The notes beneath the pieces are model-generated. The model saw nothing but the letters and a program-made list of their open reading frames with translations. It was not told the DNA's origin and ran no database searches. DNA of 64,000 nt, taken from the NCBI RefSeq assembly GCF_055900595.2, contig NZ_CM148325.1. One strand, written 5' to 3'. Below, one piece after another: positions 1-13,236 of this stretch. Positions within the stretch are counted from its first letter, which is position 1. Each line of letters opens with the position of its first letter. The position numbers were made by a program, and so were the translations under genes.

Positions 1-66
1 ATTTTCAGCCATCATCCATTCGGCGATTAACAAGTAGAGTGGTTTTTCAACATATCCTTCACACAT
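1..66 (-). CDS. caiF: CaiF transcriptional activator, N-terminal 22 codons only (gene continues beyond window start)
   Basis: Reverse complement of 1..66 translates MCEGYVEKPLYLLIAEWMMAEN, matching the remembered CaiF N-terminus; start codon ATG at 64..66. Confidence 0.75.
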   Translation of the reverse strand, partial: MCEGYVEKPLYLLIAEWMMAEN

Positions 67-246
67 ACGAACTCCAGTTTCACAAATTAAAAGTCTGGCT
101 ATGACTCGTTTTGAAGCAATTAAACAAGGCCATATTAAAATTGTGGATATATCGATAGTATGCAACTTCACCGTCGATAAGTGTGAGCTAAATCCTGCTT
201 ATGTCATCAAAAAATATCGATTCCCCAAAAGATTTACTTAATGGGC

Positions 247-275
247 AAAAAAAACGGTCCTCATCAGAGAACCGT
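247..275 (-). terminator. Putative rho-independent terminator downstream of carB
   Basis: Imperfect hairpin (acggtcctc / gagaaccgt) with a run of A on + strand (T-run on - strand) just after the carB stop. Confidence 0.45.
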
Positions 276-327
276 ATTAGTTATTCGATCAAATTAGCGG
301 ATGAAAAATATCCGCCATGACACGCTA

Positions 328-3300
328 TTATTTGATCTGCGCGTGCATTTCCTGCACCGAAATTACTTTTTCAGTCGCATCGGCATTCAGCGCCATCGCG
401 GTAGCGAAACCACCGTTCAGGGTGGTGTCATAGTGCACTTTATATTGCAGCGCACTGCGACGAATCACGCGGGAGTCCTCAATCGCACGACGGCCTGAGG
501 TGGTGTTGATGATGTAGGTATATTCGCCATTCTTGATACGGTCCTGAATGTGCGGACGACCTTCATGCACCTTGTTCACCAGACGCGGGTTAATACCTGC
601 TTCGCCCAGCACAATCGCTGTGCCGTGGGTCGCATCCAGCTCGAAGCCCTGTTTCAGCAGTTTTGCCGCCAGGTCAACCACGCGTTCTTTATCGCCTTCA
701 CGCACGGAGAGCAACGCACGACCGTGTTTCTTCATCGTGGAGTTACTGCCCAGCTGCGCTTTGGCAAACGCTTCAGCGAAGGTGCGGCCCACGCCCATCA
801 CTTCCCCGGTAGAGCGCATTTCTGGCCCTAACAGCGGGTCAACGCCGGGGAATTTGTTGAACGGCAGCACCACTTCTTTCACCGAGTAATATGGCGGGAT
901 AACTTCTTTAGTTACGCCCTGCTCAGCCAGCGATTTGCCAGCCATCACACGCGCTGCCACTTTCGCCAGCGGTACGCCGGTGGCTTTAGAGACGAACGGA
1001 ACGGTACGCGCCGCACGCGGGTTAACTTCAATCAGGTAGACTTCGTTGTTTTTCACCGCAAACTGCACGTTCATCAGACCGCGCACCTGCAATTCGAAGG
1101 CCAGTTTCTGCACCTGTTGGCGCATCACATCCTGAATTTCCTGACTTAAAGTGTAGGCTGGCAGAGAACATGCAGAGTCACCGGAGTGCACGCCCGCCTG
1201 CTCGATATGCTCCATGATGCCGCCAATCAGCACCATTTCACCGTCGCAGATGGCGTCCACATCCACTTCTACCGCGTCATCGAGGAAGTGGTCCAGCAAT
1301 ACTGGTGCATCGTTAGACACGCTCACCGCCGTCTGGAAGTAGCGACGCAGGTCAGCTTCGTCATAGACGATTTCCATCGCCCGACCGCCGAGAACGTAAG
1401 ACGGACGCACCACCAGCGGGTAACCAATCTCTTTTGCCTTCTCAACCGCCATTTCAATAGCGGTAACGGTGGCGTTCGCCGGTTGTTTCAGTTTCAGACG
1501 GTCAACCGCATGCTGGAAGCGTTCACGGTCTTCCGCACGGTCGATAGCATCCGGGCTGGTGCCGATAACCGGTACGCCAGCGGCTTCCAGTGCGCGCGCC
1601 AGTTTCAGCGGGGTCTGGCCGCCGTACTGGACGATAACGCCTTTCGGCTTCTCAATACGCACGATTTCCAGCACATCTTCCAGGGTTACCGGCTCAAAGT
1701 AGAGGCGATCGGAAGTGTCGTAGTCAGTGGAGACGGTTTCCGGGTTACAGTTAACCATGATGGTTTCGTAACCGTCTTCACGTAGCGCCAGCGAGGCGTG
1801 TACACAGCAGTAGTCGAATTCAATACCCTGACCGATACGGTTCGGGCCGCCGCCGAGCACCATGATTTTGTCACGGTCAGATGGGTTGGATTCGCACTCT
1901 TCTTCATAGGTGGAGTACATATACGCGGTGTCGGTGGCAAATTCTGCCGCACAGGTATCCACACGTTTGTAGACCGGGTGCAGGTCATACTGGTCGCGTA
2001 GCTTGCGGATTTCCGCTTCGCGCACGCCCGCCAGTTTAGCCAGACGCGCGTCGGCAAAACCTTTGCGTTTCAGCTGGCGCAGGAAGTCAGCGTTCAGGCC
2101 GGTGATGCCCACTTCTGCGACTTTCTCTTCCAGACGCACCAGTTCTTCTATCTGCACCAGGAACCAGCGGTCAATGTTGGTCAGATTGAAGACGCCGTCT
2201 ACAGACAGGCCCGCACGGAAAGCATCGGCGATGTACCAGATACGCTCTGCGCCTGCGTCTTTCAGTTCGCGGCGGATTTTGGTCAGCGCTTCCGGGTCGT
2301 CCAGGCTGACTTTCGGGTCGAAGCCAGTTGCGCCCACTTCCAGGCCGCGCAGCGCTTTTTGCAGGGATTCCTGCTGCGTGCGACCAATCGCCATCACTTC
2401 GCCAACCGATTTCATCTGAGTGGTCAGACGGTCGTTAGCACCGGCGAATTTCTCGAAGTTGAAGCGAGGAATTTTGGTGACCACGTAGTCGATGGACGGC
2501 TCGAAGGAGGCCGGAGTACGCCCGCCAGTGATGTCGTTCATCAGTTCGTCGAGGGTGTAACCAACCGCCAGTTTCGCCGCCACTTTGGCAATCGGGAAAC
2601 CGGTGGCTTTCGACGCCAGCGCCGAAGAACGGGACACTCGCGGGTTCATTTCGATAACAATCAGGCGACCATTTTTCGGGTTCACCGCAAACTGGACGTT
2701 GGAACCACCGGTTTCAACGCCGATTTCACGCAGTACCGCCATCGAGGCGTTACGCATGATTTGATATTCTTTGTCGGTCAGCGTTTGGGCTGGCGCGACA
2801 GTGATGGAGTCACCGGTGTGGATGCCCATCGCATCGAAGTTTTCGATAGAGCAGACGATGATGCAGTTGTCGTTTTTATCACGCACCACTTCCATCTCGT
2901 ACTCTTTCCAGCCGATCAGCGACTCATCAATCAGCAGCTCTTTGGTCGGAGAGAGATCCAGACCGCGGGCGCAAATTTCTTCAAACTCTTCGCGGTTATA
3001 AGCGATACCGCCACCGCTACCACCCATAGTAAAGGATGGACGAATAATGCACGGGAAGCCCACTTCAGCGGCAACTGCCAGCGCTTCTTCCATGGTGTGT
3101 GCGATACCGGAACGCGCGGTTTCCAGACCAATTTTCTTCATCGCTACGTCGAAACGGCGGCGGTCTTCTGCTTTATCAATCGCATCGGCGGTAGCACCAA
3201 TCATGGTGACGCCGAACTCCTCCAGCACGCCCTGACGCTCCAGCTCCAGCGCACAGTTCAGCGCTGTCTGACCGCCCATCGTTGGCAACACCGCGTCCGG

Positions 3301-3546
3301 ACGCTCTTTTTCAATAATCTTGCGTACCACTTCCCAGTGAATCGGCTCGATGTAGGTCGCATCAGCCATTTCCGGGTCGGTCATGATGGTCGCTGGGTTG
3401 GAGTTCACCAGAATGACGCGGTAACCCTCTTCGCGCAGGGCTTTACATGCTTGCGCGCCAGAGTAGTCAAACTCACACGCCTGACCGATAACAATCGGGC
3501 CCGCACCCAGAATCAGGATACTTTTTATATCTGTACGTTTTGGCAT
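328..3546 (-). CDS. carB: Carbamoyl-phosphate synthase large subunit
   Basis: 1072-aa [33 protein letters not shown]... ending MHAQIK, recognised as CarB; follows carA in the expected operon order. Confidence 0.97.
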   Translation of the reverse strand: MPKRTDIKSILILGAGPIVIGQACEFDYSGAQACKALREEGYRVILVNSNPATIMTDPEMADATYIEPIHWEVVRKIIEKERPDAVLPTMGGQTALNCALELERQGVLEEFGVTMIGATADAIDKAEDRRRFDVAMKKIGLETARSGIAHTMEEALAVAAEVGFPCIIRPSFTMGGSGGGIAYNREEFEEICARGLDLSPTKELLIDESLIGWKEYEMEVVRDKNDNCIIVCSIENFDAMGIHTGDSITVAPAQTLTDKEYQIMRNASMAVLREIGVETGGSNVQFAVNPKNGRLIVIEMNPRVSRSSALASKATGFPIAKVAAKLAVGYTLDELMNDITGGRTPASFEPSIDYVVTKIPRFNFEKFAGANDRLTTQMKSVGEVMAIGRTQQESLQKALRGLEVGATGFDPKVSLDDPEALTKIRRELKDAGAERIWYIADAFRAGLSVDGVFNLTNIDRWFLVQIEELVRLEEKVAEVGITGLNADFLRQLKRKGFADARLAKLAGVREAEIRKLRDQYDLHPVYKRVDTCAAEFATDTAYMYSTYEEECESNPSDRDKIMVLGGGPNRIGQGIEFDYCCVHASLALREDGYETIMVNCNPETVSTDYDTSDRLYFEPVTLEDVLEIVRIEKPKGVIVQYGGQTPLKLARALEAAGVPVIGTSPDAIDRAEDRERFQHAVDRLKLKQPANATVTAIEMAVEKAKEIGYPLVVRPSYVLGGRAMEIVYDEADLRRYFQTAVSVSNDAPVLLDHFLDDAVEVDVDAICDGEMVLIGGIMEHIEQAGVHSGDSACSLPAYTLSQEIQDVMRQQVQKLAFELQVRGLMNVQFAVKNNEVYLIEVNPRAARTVPFVSKATGVPLAKVAARVMAGKSLAEQGVTKEVIPPYYSVKEVVLPFNKFPGVDPLLGPEMRSTGEVMGVGRTFAEAFAKAQLGSNSTMKKHGRALLSVREGDKERVVDLAAKLLKQGFELDATHGTAIVLGEAGINPRLVNKVHEGRPHIQDRIKNGEYTYIINTTSGRRAIEDSRVIRRSALQYKVHYDTTLNGGFATAMALNADATEKVISVQEMHAQIK

Positions 3547-3563
3547 GGCTCTTTTACTCCTGA

Positions 3564-4712
3564 TTACTTAGCGGTTTTACGGTACTGCTCAATTAACGCG
3601 ATAAAGTGGTCGAACAACGGCGCGGCGTCGTGTGGACCCGGACTGGCTTCAGGGTGGCCCTGGAAGCTGAATGCCGGTTTATCGGTGCGATGAATGCCCT
3701 GTAACGTACCGTCGAACAGGGATTTATGCGTAACACGCAGGCTTGCAGGTAATGTTGCTTCATCCACCGCAAAACCGTGGTTCTGGGCGGTGATCATCAC
3801 CACGTTTTTTTCAACATCTTTAACCGGATGGTTGCCGCCGTGGTGTCCAAATTTCATTTTGACAGTCTTCGCACCGCTCGCCAGCGCCAGCAACTGATGG
3901 CCGAGGCAGATGCCGAATACCGGGATGTCGGTTTCGAGGAATTTCTGGATGGCAGTAATAGCGTAATCACACGGTGCCGGGTCGCCAGGACCGTTGGAGA
4001 GGAAGATACCGTCTGGATTCATTTTCAGTACATCTTCGGCAGATGTTTGCGCCGGAACGATGGTCAGGCGGCAGCCGCGGTCAACCAGCATGCGCAGGAT
4101 GTTGCGTTTGGCGCCGAAATCATAAGCCACGACGTGGAACGGCAACTCGTCTTCTTTCTTCGCTTCTGGCAGGCCGCCGGTCAACGTCCAGCTCCCTTGT
4201 GTCCAGCTATAGGCTTCTGCGGTGGTCACTTCTTTTGCCAGATCCATGCCGTTCAGACCTGGGAACGCGCGGGCTTTTTCTAACGCCAGCGCCGCATCCG
4301 GGTTGTCGCCCGCGATAATGCAGCCATTCTGTGCGCCTTTCTCACGCAGCAAACGCGTCAGCTTACGGGTATCGATATCAGCAATCGCCACAATGTTATG
4401 GCGTTTCAGGTAAGAAGAGAGGTCTTCGGTATTACGGAAGTTGCTGGCAATCAGCGGCAGGTCGCGAATCACCAGACCTTGGGCATGTACCTGAGAAGAT
4501 TCTTCATCGGCGTCATTAGTGCCGACATTGCCAATATGGGGATAAGTAAGAGTAACGATTTGACGAGAATAGGAAGGATCAGTGAGGATTTCTTGATAAC
4601 CGGTCATTGAAGTATTGAAAACGACTTCCCCAACCGCCGAACCTGTTGCCCCTATGGCCCGACCGTGAAACTGGGTTCCGTCTTCCAGAACCAATAGCGC
4701 TGACTTAATCAA
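3564..4712 (-). CDS. carA: Carbamoyl-phosphate synthase small subunit (glutamine amidotransferase)
   Basis: ORF contains ...[21 protein letters not shown]...; start placed at the TTG preceded by GGAGGG, matching the remembered non-ATG start of carA (ORF track extends 9 codons further upstream). Confidence 0.93.
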   Translation of the reverse strand: MIKSALLVLEDGTQFHGRAIGATGSAVGEVVFNTSMTGYQEILTDPSYSRQIVTLTYPHIGNVGTNDADEESSQVHAQGLVIRDLPLIASNFRNTEDLSSYLKRHNIVAIADIDTRKLTRLLREKGAQNGCIIAGDNPDAALALEKARAFPGLNGMDLAKEVTTAEAYSWTQGSWTLTGGLPEAKKEDELPFHVVAYDFGAKRNILRMLVDRGCRLTIVPAQTSAEDVLKMNPDGIFLSNGPGDPAPCDYAITAIQKFLETDIPVFGICLGHQLLALASGAKTVKMKFGHHGGNHPVKDVEKNVVMITAQNHGFAVDEATLPASLRVTHKSLFDGTLQGIHRTDKPAFSFQGHPEASPGPHDAAPLFDHFIALIEQYRKTAK

Positions 4713-4715
4713 AAC

Positions 4716-4760
4716 ACCCTCCAGAGAATATTCACTCACTTTATTTGCATATTAATTCAC
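4716..4760 (-). promoter_or_regulatory. Candidate ArgR operator (ARG boxes) in the carAB promoter region
   Basis: Minus-strand sequence tgaattaatatgcaaataaagtgagtgaatattctc resembles tandem ARG boxes (TnTGAAT...ATTCAn) immediately upstream of the carA start. Confidence 0.4.
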
Positions 4761-5167
4761 AATGATGACGTAAATCAATGCAAATCTGCTTACCGACGAA
4801 TTTCTGGCAAACGGCGGCATTCTGGAGAGATGAGAGCTAAAAGTCAACTTAATGGTGGTATTTTTTATATTATTTTGTGGCTCATGCATGTTTTGCAGGC
4901 ATTAAGCGACAAAAAGATCATATAACCCGTTCTGGAAAACGCTTGCGCAGCAAGAAGATTGTATAAAATCAAAACGCGTAGAAAAAAGTGGACCAAATGG
5001 TCAAAATTTACATTAAAACAACAAAAACAGAAGAGAAAACATGTTATTTTTAGCACGATATACGCTTTTATAAATAAAAAACTCAAAATAAAAGGGCTAA
5101 AAATTAAAGCCCTTTATAATCAATAAATTAAATATGTTATTTTTGCACCATCACAAATGTTTTGTGG

Positions 5168-6004
<837 letters not shown>

Positions 6005-6155
6005 TTAATTTGCATAGACCGTTTTCAGAGTAACCAGCGCATCGCTACGCCGCCAGCCAAAAACGCTGATAATTAGAAATTAATGATAAACAGGGAGGGA
6101 TATCAGTGAAAGGCATGAGTCGATGAATGACTGCATGCCGATAACATGTGACAGG

Positions 6156-7076
6156 TTACGACGCCAGAGCCAGCACCTCAGCCACCCACTGCTGGAAACC
6201 TTTCACATCCAGATCCAGCGCCACCTGCACGTTTGCAGGTTTACTCAGGCAACCATCAATATCAACAACCGTAGTACCTGAGGTAAATTCGCCCTGCGTT
6301 TCCACCGCCACAAAACACGGCTTGAGAGTAAACAATTCCGGGTGTACCAGCCAGGCGATAGCGCAAAGATCGTGCATACGCAGTCCACTTTGCATACTGC
6401 CGCTACGGTAGTGGCTAAACAGGGCGTGTAGCATTTTTCCGGTGCGATTCAACTCCGGCAAAGTAGCGAGATAGTCAGGGGTTAACATTGCCTGATTGGT
6501 GACATCCAGACCACACATGACGATTTCGATGCCGCTACGGAAGACACAGGCTGCCGCTTCTGGATCGGCAGCGATATTAAACTCGGCGTTTGGCGTACAG
6601 TTGCCGCGTCCGGCAGAACCGCCCATGATCACCAGACGGCGAATATGCGGTTTGCATTCCGGGCATTGTGAAAGTAACAGCGCAATATTGGTTAACGGGC
6701 CGATGGCTACCAGCGTAACAGGCTCAGGCGCACGCAGCAGGGCATCACGAATCGCCAGAAATGCGGGTTTGTCCAGTGGGCTTCTGTTGTGCTCGACAAA
6801 GTCGTAGCCAGCCATTCCCGATTCACCGTGTACAGATGCCGCATTACGCGGTGCGCGTACCAGCGGCACGGAGGCTCCCTGGGCAAGCGGAATCTCCGCA
6901 TTCCAGAAATGCAGCAGTTGCAGGGCGTTGCGGGTAGTTTTCTCTACCGAGACATTACCCGCGACGGTGGTCATCAGTTGCAGGTCAAGTTCCGGGGCAA
7001 AAATCGCGGCGGCAATGGCGACGGCATCGTCAATGCCTGGGTCAGTATCAAGGAAGATGGGTATAAGTTTTGTCAT
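6156..7076 (-). CDS. rihC: Non-specific ribonucleoside hydrolase
   Basis: 306-aa ORF with [18 protein letters not shown] nucleoside hydrolase motif, recognised as RihC; N-terminus differs slightly from remembered K-12 sequence. Confidence 0.9.
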   Translation of the reverse strand: MTKLIPIFLDTDPGIDDAVAIAAAIFAPELDLQLMTTVAGNVSVEKTTRNALQLLHFWNAEIPLAQGASVPLVRAPRNAASVHGESGMAGYDFVEHNRSPLDKPAFLAIRDALLRAPEPVTLVAIGPLTNIALLLSQCPECKPHIRRLVIMGGSAGRGNCTPNAEFNIAADPEAAACVFRSGIEIVMCGLDVTNQAMLTPDYLATLPELNRTGKMLHALFSHYRSGSMQSGLRMHDLCAIAWLVHPELFTLKPCFVAVETQGEFTSGTTVVDIDGCLSKPANVQVALDLDVKGFQQWVAEVLALAS

Positions 7077-7095
7077 TACTGTCTCTCCTGGCTTG

Positions 7096-8304
7096 TTACT
7101 TGCTCATGGCTTTGAACTCATCGCGGCTGATACAGATATCCGAAATATCTTTATTCGTCACCAGACGCGGGCTAAGTTTATCGCCTTCAACAAACGGTAC
7201 TAGCGGGCAAAATTCCCCTGGAGACGCTTTATCTTCCTGCCACTGAATTTCAATGGATTCCGGCTTCATACCTGGTTTCTCTGACTGAATGACTGTGCGG
7301 ATATCCGTGGTTAACTGAAATGGCTCACACCCCTTCACATCAGTAAAAGTCGGCGTCAGATGACCATTCTTACGTTCCTGCAGATAAAAAATGCGGCCAT
7401 CGTGATAGGAAGGAATTACGTAGCAGGTATACATTTTACCTTTACTTAGCACGGGCTGAAGATAACTTGAACCTCTCTCGATCAATTCAACCTCTTTCCC
7501 CTTCCAGCGATAAACGTCAACCCCGTGACTACAGCAGCTTCCTCGCCAATGGCTGACGATCTGCTTATATTCTGCATCTGGCTCCGGCGAGGTGATTTCC
7601 TGATAAGACGCAGGCGCATCAACAAAACGTTGTGTTGAGGGATCGTAAAGCCAGGTTTGTTCGGGGATATTGGGTCCAGCGGGTAACTCTTGCGGAATGG
7701 AAAGATCCGGATAACCATCAAAATTAACATCCTTCCATTGAGGCGTAAAAATGCTACAAGTGCCGATAGAAGCAGTATATAAGGTCTGTATCGGTTTCCC
7801 ATCACGATATAATTTTATTGCTGAAATGACCGGAACATTATTACAGTCGATCGCTTTGGAAGGGTCGTAATCGTCATTCACTTCCGCCACCAGCACCAGA
7901 TCAATGCCCGGATCGTTTTTGGGTTTGTTATAGTGAAGCGCAATGGGGAAATGGTGTTTTTTATCGGCTGAAGTCCATACACCTTTTATCTCAATCGGTG
8001 AAACTTCAGCATCCCATTGACCAGAAAGTGTCTGTGTGCGCTCCTCAAGAAGCAACCGCTTAACCTGGAGAGATCCACGCAGAATTAATCGCATTTTTCT
8101 CTGATTGCAGGGTTCATAGCAATAGCTACCATGAAGGTCGTTGTTAATCCGCGTGATATCGACACTTACCTGCTTACCCGCAATCGTCCCGGAATAATTT
8201 CGATCCCAGAACGGAAATTCAAGCTGCGAAGCGCCATTGGCCGCTCCCAAACAAAATACAAAAGCCAAAAATCCCGCCAATCCATAAGCTATCTTGCTCA
8301 TCAT
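7096..8304 (-). CDS. Hypothetical secreted cysteine-rich protein (402 aa), function unknown
   Basis: Intact ORF with GGAGG Shine-Dalgarno 7 nt upstream of ATG; hydrophobic N-terminal signal-like segment ([19 protein letters not shown]); about a dozen Cys; slightly lower GC than flanking core genes; sits between ispH and rihC. Confidence 0.7.
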   Translation of the reverse strand: MMSKIAYGLAGFLAFVFCLGAANGASQLEFPFWDRNYSGTIAGKQVSVDITRINNDLHGSYCYEPCNQRKMRLILRGSLQVKRLLLEERTQTLSGQWDAEVSPIEIKGVWTSADKKHHFPIALHYNKPKNDPGIDLVLVAEVNDDYDPSKAIDCNNVPVISAIKLYRDGKPIQTLYTASIGTCSIFTPQWKDVNFDGYPDLSIPQELPAGPNIPEQTWLYDPSTQRFVDAPASYQEITSPEPDAEYKQIVSHWRGSCCSHGVDVYRWKGKEVELIERGSSYLQPVLSKGKMYTCYVIPSYHDGRIFYLQERKNGHLTPTFTDVKGCEPFQLTTDIRTVIQSEKPGMKPESIEIQWQEDKASPGEFCPLVPFVEGDKLSPRLVTNKDISDICISRDEFKAMSK

Positions 8305-8329
8305 CCTTGCCTCCGCAGAAGAGTACAGC

Positions 8330-8365
8330 TAAAAAAAACCAGCAACGAATGTGCTGGTTTTGAAT
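8330..8365 (-). terminator. Putative rho-independent terminator downstream of ispH
   Basis: Hairpin aaaccagcacattcgttgctggttt followed by T-run on the minus strand. Confidence 0.45.
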
Positions 8366-8374
8366 GATTAATCT

Positions 8375-9325
8375 TTACTCGACTTCACGAATATCGACAC
8401 GCAGCTCTTTCGGCACTTCGAAAACAATGTTTTCTTCACGGCCTTCCAGCGGGATGGCTTCACCACCGCCCAGCTGCTGCAAACGTGCTACCACATTCTG
8501 CACCAGAATATCGGGAGCCGATGCGCCCGCAGTCACGCCGACGCAGTTCACGTCTTTTACCCACTCTTCCTGGATATCTTTCGCATCGTCAATCAAAAAC
8601 GCGCGTTTGCCCATACGCTGGGCCAGTTCCGCCAGACGGTTGGAGTTGGAAGAGTTTTTTGAACCAACCACCAGTACTACTTCCGCCTGTTCTGCCAGAG
8701 CGCGTACCGCTTCCTGACGGTTAGTGGTGGCGTAGCAAATGTCATCTTTGCGCGGCCCGACAATTTTCGGGAAGCGTTTACGCAACGCATCGATCACATC
8801 AGACGTGTCATCCACCGACAGCGTAGTTTGGGTCATAAAGGAGAGTTTCTCTTCGTTTTTAACCGTCAGTTTCCACACATCGTCCGGCGATTCGACCAGA
8901 TACATTCCCCCTTCCGGGTTGCTGTACTGACCCATCGTCCCTTCCACTTCCGGGTGACCGGCGTGACCGATAAGAATAGACTCTTCACCACGGCGGCTGG
9001 CACGGGCGACTTCCATATGCACTTTGGTCACCAGTGGACAGGTAGCGTCAAATACCGTCAAATCACGGCTTTTCGCTTCGTTACGTACCGCCTGAGAAAC
9101 ACCGTGTGCGGAGAAGATCAGGATCGCGCCGTCCGGCACTTCGCTGATCTGCTCAATAAAGATAGCACCACGTTCGCGCAGGCTATCGACCACGTAGCGG
9201 TTATGCACCACTTCGTGACGGACATATATCGGTGCGCCGTAAATGGCCAGCGCGTTTTCAACAATGCTGATAGCGCGGTCTACCCCGGCACAAAAACCAC
9301 GTGGGTTGGCCAACAGGATCTGCAT
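8375..9325 (-). CDS. ispH: 4-hydroxy-3-methylbut-2-enyl diphosphate reductase
   Basis: ORF contains [42 protein letters not shown]...; start trimmed to MQILL (ORF track extends 28 codons upstream). Confidence 0.95.
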   Translation of the reverse strand: MQILLANPRGFCAGVDRAISIVENALAIYGAPIYVRHEVVHNRYVVDSLRERGAIFIEQISEVPDGAILIFSAHGVSQAVRNEAKSRDLTVFDATCPLVTKVHMEVARASRRGEESILIGHAGHPEVEGTMGQYSNPEGGMYLVESPDDVWKLTVKNEEKLSFMTQTTLSVDDTSDVIDALRKRFPKIVGPRKDDICYATTNRQEAVRALAEQAEVVLVVGSKNSSNSNRLAELAQRMGKRAFLIDDAKDIQEEWVKDVNCVGVTAGASAPDILVQNVVARLQQLGGGEAIPLEGREENIVFEVPKELRVDIREVE

Positions 9326-9326
9326 G

Positions 9327-9776
9327 TTACGCCTCCAGTGCCGGATCGATTTCCAGCACTTCAATATCAAAATGAACGGTCTGCCCGGCCAGCGGATGAT
9401 TGAAATCAACGGTAATGGAGTCGCCGTTGATTTCGCGGATCACGCCAGGCATCTCACTGCCATCCATTGCAGTAAAAAGCATGATTGCACCAATTTCTGG
9501 CTCGCCTGCATCCATAAACTCACGGCGGGAGAAGTACTGAATCAGGTCCGGTGACGGCACGCCAAACGCCGCATCTGGCTCCAGCGAGAAGGTGGTTTTA
9601 TCGCCCACTTTCAGCCCCAGCAGGTGTTGCTCCAGACCTTCGGAGAGAGAAGCATCGCCCAGGCGGAACAGCGCCGGTTTACCGTTGTTGCGGGTAGACT
9701 CGGCGGTGGTGCCATCGTCGAGTTTTAGCGTGAAGTGCACCAGGACGGCGCTATTGCTCTGTACAGATTCAGACAT
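9327..9776 (-). CDS. fkpB: FKBP-type peptidyl-prolyl cis-trans isomerase
   Basis: 149-aa [40 protein letters not shown]... recognised as FkpB. Confidence 0.93.
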
Positions 9777-9806
9777 GCAGGTTTGCTCTTATATTTTGAG
9801 GATTTT

Positions 9807-9877
9807 TGCCGGATGCAGCCTACGATTTCGCAGCAATCTGTAGGCCGGATAAGATGCGTCAGCATCGCATCCGGCAG
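9807..9877. repeat. REP/BIME-type repetitive extragenic palindromic element
   Basis: tgccggatgcagcctac...gtaggccggataagatgcgtcagcatcgcatccggca, typical enterobacterial REP consensus, intergenic between lspA and fkpB. Confidence 0.6.
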
Positions 9878-9883
9878 GGTTTA

Positions 9884-10378
9884 TTATTGTTTTTTCGCTT
9901 TAGAAGGCAAAAAACCTTCCAGCACAATCAGTGCCGCACCGACACAGATGGCAGTATCGGCAAGGTTGAAGGTAGCGAAGTGCCAGTCGCCGACGTAGAA
10001 GTCGATCATATCGACAACGAAGCCGTGCCACAGGCGGTCGAACAGGTTGCCCAGCGCACCGCCAATAATCAGCGCGTAAGCGATATTGTTTAGCTTCTGC
10101 GTGGCCTTCGAGCGATACATCATCACCATCAGGATCACGCTAATACCAATCGCAATACCGGCAAAGAACCAACGCTGCCAGCCGCCACTATCGGCAAGGA
10201 AACTAAACGCCGCGCCATAGTTACGCGCATAATGCAGATTAAGCGACGGGAACAGCGGGACCGTATCCCCCAGAGCAAAGTTCTGGAGGATCAGGTATTT
10301 GCTGCCCAGATCGATAATCAGCACGACTACCACCAGCCACAGCCAGCGTAGCCCTGTTGAACAAATCGATTGACTCAT
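9884..10378 (-). CDS. lspA: Lipoprotein signal peptidase (signal peptidase II)
   Basis: 164-aa [33 protein letters not shown]... recognised as LspA. Confidence 0.95.
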   Translation of the reverse strand: MSQSICSTGLRWLWLVVVVLIIDLGSKYLILQNFALGDTVPLFPSLNLHYARNYGAAFSFLADSGGWQRWFFAGIAIGISVILMVMMYRSKATQKLNNIAYALIIGGALGNLFDRLWHGFVVDMIDFYVGDWHFATFNLADTAICVGAALIVLEGFLPSKAKKQ

Positions 10379-13194
10379 CAGGCAAACTTACGTTTTTCAC
10401 CGTCACCGGCGACGTTGCTGACACAGCGGCCGCAGATTTCTGCGTGTTCCGCCACCTTGCCGACATCCTGGGTGTAGTGCCAGCAGCGTGGGCACTTCTC
10501 ACCTTCGGCTTTACTCAACGCGACTTTCAGCCCTTTGAGTACTTCGCTCTGCTGAGCATCAGCAGGGGCGTCGTTATAGTCTGCAACGGTAGCGCCGGAG
10601 GTCAACAGGACAAATCGTAATTCATCGCCCAGCGCGGTCAGTTTCGCCGCCAGTTCCGGTTCTGCATACAAGGTTACTGCCGCTTCCAGCGAGCCACCCA
10701 CTTTCTTGTCGGCACGTGCTTGCTCAATGACTTTGTTCACTTCGCCACGCACTTTCAGCAGCTCGTCCCAGAACGCATCGTTCATCGCTTCGCTGTCTGC
10801 CAGACCAAACAGGCCTTCGTACCACTCGCCGGTGAAGACGTATTTTTCACGTTCGCCCGGCAGATAGCCCCACACTTCATCAGCGGTGAAGGAGAGGATT
10901 GGTGCCATCCAGCGAACCAGCGCTTCTGCGATGTGATACAGCGCAGTCTGGCAGCTACGACGCGCCACGCTGTCCGCTTTCGCGGTGTACTGGCGGTCCT
11001 TAATGATGTCGAGGTAGAAAGAGCCCATCTCAACGGAGCAGAAGCGCATCAGACGCTGTACCACTTCGTGGAAATCGTATGCTTCGTACGCCTTGAGGAT
11101 GTCTTCCTGCGCCGCTTTCGCACAACCTACGGCCCAGCGATCCAGTACCACCATCTCTTCCGGTTTCACCATATCTTTTGCCGGATCGAAACCGTTCAGG
11201 TTTGCCAGCAGGAAACGTGCAGTGTTACGGATACGACGATAGCTGTCGGCAGCACGTTTCAGGATCTCGTCAGAAACGGCCATTTCACCGGTGTAGTCAG
11301 TTGATGCCACCCACAGACGCAGAATATCCGCGCCCAGTTTGTTCATCACATCCTGCGGCGAAACGGTGTTGCCGATGGATTTAGACATCTTGCGACCCTG
11401 ACCATCCACGGTAAAGCCGTGGGTCAGTACCTGACGATACGGCGCTTTGCCTTTCATCGCGGTGGAGATCATCAGGGAAGACATGAACCAGCCACGGTGC
11501 TGGTCAGAACCTTCCAGATACATGTCCGCTGCGTGACCAGCAAATTCCGGACGCACGTCAACAACAGAAGAGTGGGTAGATCCGGAGTCAAACCATACGT
11601 CCAGCGTATCCGGCACTTTCACGTACTGGTCAGCTTCGTCGCCGAGGATCTCTTTCGCATCAAGATCCCACCATGCCTGAATGCCATCAACTTCAACGCG
11701 TTTTGCCACTTCTTCCATCAGTTCGAGGGTACGCGGATGCAGCTCTTCCGTGTCTTTGTGCACGAACAGTGACATCGGTACGCCCCAGGTGCGCTGACGG
11801 GAGATACACCAGTCAGGACGGTTAGCGACCATCGACTCGATACGCGCCTGGCCCCAGTCAGGGATCCACTGCACGCCTTTGATCTCTTTCAGTGACTGCG
11901 CACGCAGACCTTTCTGATCCATGCTGACGAACCACTGCGGCGTAGCGCGGAAGATGATCGGCGTTTTGTGACGCCAGCAGCACGGATAGCTGTGCTGCAT
12001 TTTCTCAACGTGCAGCAGCGCGCCTTTTTCCTGTAGCAGCGCAACGACGATGTCGTTCGCTTTGAAGACGTTAACGCCATCCAGCGTCGGGTAAGTACCC
12101 GGCAGATAAGTACCGTCCGGGCCAACCGGGTTAGCGGTTTCCAGACCGTATTTCTGACCGATCACATAGTCGTCCGGGCCGTGGCCAGGCGCGGTATGAA
12201 CGGCACCGGTACCGGCATCCAGCGTAACGTGATCGCCAAGAATTGCCGGAACGTCGAAGCCCATAAACGGATGGGTAAAGCGAAGCAGCTCCAGCTCCGC
12301 ACCTTTTACCGTGCCGAGAATGGTGTAATCGGTCACGCCGATACGCTGCATTACGCTTTCAACCAGATCTTTTGCCAGAATCACAGCCTGACCGTCGATC
12401 TGCACCAGCGCATAGTCGAAATCAGGTGCAATAGAGATTGCGCGGTTGGCAGGCAGAGTCCACGGCGTGGTGGTCCAGATCACCAGCGAGATTGGGCCGT
12501 TAACGTTGCTTACGCCAAATTTTGCTTTCAGCGCATCCTGATCGACCGCCTGGAAAGCGACGTCAATGGACGGAGAAGTTTTGTCGTAATACTCAACTTC
12601 CGCTTCCGCCAGCGCAGAACGGCAGTCAACGCACCAGTGTACCGGCTTCGCGCCTTTGTGCAGGTGACCGTTGCCAATGATTTTGCCCAGCGCGCGGATG
12701 ATGTTGGCTTCAGTTTTGAAGTCCATAGTCAGGTACGGGTGCGACCAGTCGCCCAGCACGCCCAGACGGATAAAGTCTTTGCGCTGACCGTCAACCTGGG
12801 TCGCAGCGTATTCGCGGCACTTAGCGCGGAACTCGGCGGCGGTGAATTTCTCACCCGGCTTGCCGTATTCTTGCTCTACTTTCAGCTCGATCGGCAGACC
12901 GTGGCAGTCCCAGCCAGGCACATACGGCGAGTCATAACCGGAAAGCCCTTTGGACTTCACGATAATGTCTTTCAGAATCTTGTTAACCGAGTGACCAATA
13001 TGAATGCTGCCATTCGCATAAGGAGGGCCATCATGCAGAATGAAGGTTTTTTTGCCTTTTTTAGCCGCACGAATGATGCCGTACAGATCATCATCAGTCC
13101 AACGCGCCAGCATTCCCGGTTCGCGCTTGGCGAGATCGCCACGCATCGGGAACCCTGTTTCCGGCAAATTCAGGGTTGATTTATAGTCACTCAT
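10378..13194 (-). CDS. ileS: Isoleucine--tRNA ligase
   Basis: 938-aa [35 protein letters not shown]... with HIGH and KMSKS class I motifs. Confidence 0.97.
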   Translation of the reverse strand: MSDYKSTLNLPETGFPMRGDLAKREPGMLARWTDDDLYGIIRAAKKGKKTFILHDGPPYANGSIHIGHSVNKILKDIIVKSKGLSGYDSPYVPGWDCHGLPIELKVEQEYGKPGEKFTAAEFRAKCREYAATQVDGQRKDFIRLGVLGDWSHPYLTMDFKTEANIIRALGKIIGNGHLHKGAKPVHWCVDCRSALAEAEVEYYDKTSPSIDVAFQAVDQDALKAKFGVSNVNGPISLVIWTTTPWTLPANRAISIAPDFDYALVQIDGQAVILAKDLVESVMQRIGVTDYTILGTVKGAELELLRFTHPFMGFDVPAILGDHVTLDAGTGAVHTAPGHGPDDYVIGQKYGLETANPVGPDGTYLPGTYPTLDGVNVFKANDIVVALLQEKGALLHVEKMQHSYPCCWRHKTPIIFRATPQWFVSMDQKGLRAQSLKEIKGVQWIPDWGQARIESMVANRPDWCISRQRTWGVPMSLFVHKDTEELHPRTLELMEEVAKRVEVDGIQAWWDLDAKEILGDEADQYVKVPDTLDVWFDSGSTHSSVVDVRPEFAGHAADMYLEGSDQHRGWFMSSLMISTAMKGKAPYRQVLTHGFTVDGQGRKMSKSIGNTVSPQDVMNKLGADILRLWVASTDYTGEMAVSDEILKRAADSYRRIRNTARFLLANLNGFDPAKDMVKPEEMVVLDRWAVGCAKAAQEDILKAYEAYDFHEVVQRLMRFCSVEMGSFYLDIIKDRQYTAKADSVARRSCQTALYHIAEALVRWMAPILSFTADEVWGYLPGEREKYVFTGEWYEGLFGLADSEAMNDAFWDELLKVRGEVNKVIEQARADKKVGGSLEAAVTLYAEPELAAKLTALGDELRFVLLTSGATVADYNDAPADAQQSEVLKGLKVALSKAEGEKCPRCWHYTQDVGKVAEHAEICGRCVSNVAGDGEKRKFA

Positions 13195-13236
13195 CAGATT
13201 CTCGGTTCCGTATTTCGGTTTGATTACATAACAGGC

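Noticed and set aside
2359-3693. 444-aa ORF on the + strand, plus several 100-200-aa ORFs, inside carB
   Set aside because: Entirely antisense to the clearly recognisable carB coding sequence; long shadow ORFs are expected opposite GC-rich, codon-biased genes.
4865-5086. 73-aa ORF in the AT-rich region upstream of carA
   Set aside because: Lies in the carAB regulatory region, very AT-rich with no convincing ribosome-binding site; more likely promoter/regulatory DNA.
12181-13179. 332-aa + strand ORF inside ileS, and similar antisense ORFs in ettA (54391..55143), thrA, creC, slt and nadR
   Set aside because: All lie wholly within, and antisense to, confidently identified core genes.
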